64,000 bases of DNA from assembly GCA_964648205.1 (NCBI GenBank), contig CAZYNT010000002.1, positions 11,371-75,370 of the forward strand. Direction: 5' to 3'. Made by a program: the position numbers and the translations under genes. The notes below the pieces were generated by a model. That model worked only from the letters and a program-made list of their open reading frames with translations, was not told where the DNA came from and made no database searches. Within the stretch, counting starts at the first letter, position 1, and each line of letters begins with the position of its first letter. Positions 62,914 through 64,000 of the stretch are shown piece after piece. The stretch comes from an uncultured Gammaproteobacteria bacterium (lineage in GTDB: Bacteria > Patescibacteriota > Patescibacteriia > Patescibacteriales > UBA12465).

Positions 62914-63630
62914 ATGGCTTATAAAATAAGCGATCACCACTTTGTCCTCAACCATGGAAAACAATACAAAATTTTAGCGGTTAGAGATTTGCCGGACGAA
63001 GAAAAGCCGCGCGAAAAAATGATTCAAAACGGAGTCGGCGCCCTTAGTTCCAGCGAGTTATTGGCGATTGTCCTGGGCGTGGGCACAAAAAAAGAAGAAG
63101 TTTTTTCCATGGCGAGCCGTCTTTTGCGCGAATACGGCGAAAAAGGAATTGCCTATCAAAAAGACCCGACGATTATCGAAAAAGACTTGAAAATTCCCTT
63201 AATAAAAGCTTGCCAGATTGTGGCCTGTTTCGAACTTGGCCGCCGGTTCTATCAAAAAAAACCGGGCGGCTCGATTACTATCCGAACAGCCCAGCAGGCT
63301 TATGCCTATCTAAAAGATATGGGGCACCTTAATAAGGAACAGTTCCGCGGCCTTTATCTCAACTCCCATTATCAATTAATTTATGACGAAGTAATTTCCA
63401 TCGGAACGCTTGACGCTTCTTTGGTCCAGCCACGCGAGGTTTTCCGGCCAGCCTTGGAGTATTCGGCCGCAGCTGTCATCATCGCCCATAACCATCCGTC
63501 AGGAATCCTCAAGGCCACCAAAGCGGACGTTGAAATAACCAATAAGTTGATCTCTGCCGGACAAATTCTCGATATTGAAGTGCTTGATCATCTGATTATC
63601 GGTAAAAATAAATTTGCGAGCATTATCTAA
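62914..63630 (+). CDS. radC: RadC-family JAMM protein
   Basis: HhH-like N-terminus (LSSSELLAIVLGVG) and JAMM motif HNHPSG. Confidence 0.85.
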   Translation: MAYKISDHHFVLNHGKQYKILAVRDLPDEEKPREKMIQNGVGALSSSELLAIVLGVGTKKEEVFSMASRLLREYGEKGIAYQKDPTIIEKDLKIPLIKACQIVACFELGRRFYQKKPGGSITIRTAQQAYAYLKDMGHLNKEQFRGLYLNSHYQLIYDEVISIGTLDASLVQPREVFRPALEYSAAAVIIAHNHPSGILKATKADVEITNKLISAGQILDIEVLDHLIIGKNKFASII

Positions 63631-63639
63631 TTCTGCTCT

Positions 63640-63921
63640 ATGACTAAAAAATACCAAATTACTCCTCTGGTCTGGTTCGTTCGCGATGAGGCCAGCGTCA
63701 AATTTCATGTTACCAATGACGATTACTTCGGGACAATCGCAACTATTTTGAGCATAATCAAGCAACAAATGAAAAAGAGCGGCGTTCAAGACGCCGCCGC
63801 TTTAAACAAAATTTTCCAAAATTTAGAAGAGGATTTATTGTATCTGCAAAACAATTATCAAATCAGGCTCAAAAGCAGGAAAAAGAAAATAACGCCGAAA
63901 GGCAAACTGATAAGCCAATGA
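63640..63921 (+). CDS. small conserved protein (93 aa), paralog of the 5206-5385 product
   Basis: VKFHVTNDDYFGTIATILSIIKQ...LEEDLLYLQNNYQI shares its motif backbone with the hand-found ORF in the left island. Confidence 0.45.
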   Translation: MTKKYQITPLVWFVRDEASVKFHVTNDDYFGTIATILSIIKQQMKKSGVQDAAALNKIFQNLEEDLLYLQNNYQIRLKSRKKKITPKGKLISQ

Positions 63922-64000
63922 TCAATCAGCATTAAAACAACAAGGGGCACAAATATCGCCCAAGCAAATATTTCCCGACGACCATTCTTGGCGAGAAAAA
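63863..64000 (-). CDS. C-terminal fragment of a membrane protein (gene starts beyond the right edge)
   Basis: The minus frame is open from position 64000 to a TGA at 63865-63863: ...FLAKNGRREIFAWAIFVPLVVLMLIDHWLISLPFGVIFFFLLLSLI. It is hydrophobic and overlaps the convergent ORF end by 59 nt. Confidence 0.2.

Noticed and set aside
1-64000. Search for CRISPR arrays, rRNA genes, transposases/IS elements, reverse transcriptases (DGR/retron) and toxin-antitoxin pairs.
   Set aside because: None was recognisable by eye. There are no regularly spaced repeats and no DDE or RT motifs in any ORF of the track.

Overview
This is a low-GC bacterial chromosome segment. Its core genes are ftsEX, ftsAZ, secDF, clpP, nrdR-nrdD-nrdG, hisS, rpsU, lepB, queA, ruvB, radC and a short rel. 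Together with the surface-protein repertoire (VirB2-like pilin modules, thrombospondin-type-3 repeat proteins, a prepilin peptidase), they look like a Candidate Phyla Radiation/Patescibacteria-type organism; this is inference from gene content only. Three blocks are not ordinary core. (1) Positions 1-7700 form a visibly more AT-rich island, all on the minus strand. It carries a Dam-like methyltransferase, a GIY-YIG-like nuclease, a divergent Ham1/RdgB-like protein, a small conserved ORF, an Rx4H (HEPN-like) protein, a standalone SpoT-type HD hydrolase, two structured GC-rich RNA leaders and a putative nuclease pair. (2) Positions ~7734-16553 hold an ~8.8-kb element with filamentous-phage (inovirus/Ff-like) gene order. 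It runs from an SSB-sized protein through tiny 55/33/33-aa membrane ORFs, a major-coat-like precursor, a g3p-like protein, a g6p-like protein and a Zot/pI ATPase. These are followed by a hairpin- and iteron-rich non-coding region, a HUH rolling-circle Rep and a large serine recombinase whose ORF runs into an antisense tRNA-Gln. (3) Positions 39649-50580 hold a six-gene minus-strand operon of membrane-anchored surface proteins. It is led by two paralogous giants (914 and 1940 aa) in which a VirB2/TrbC-like pilin module is fused to huge Cys-rich ectodomains. Smaller oddities: the NrdD glycyl-radical motif sits on a separate 46-aa ORF; a cupredoxin-like gene cassette is flanked by a decayed copy of the ftsZ 3' end; tandem NrdR boxes and one perfect DnaA box lie upstream of nrdR; and tRNA-Gly and tRNA-Thr both carry C at T-loop position 55. 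No CRISPR array, rRNA or transposase was seen. All functional calls come from motifs read by eye; no database search was run.
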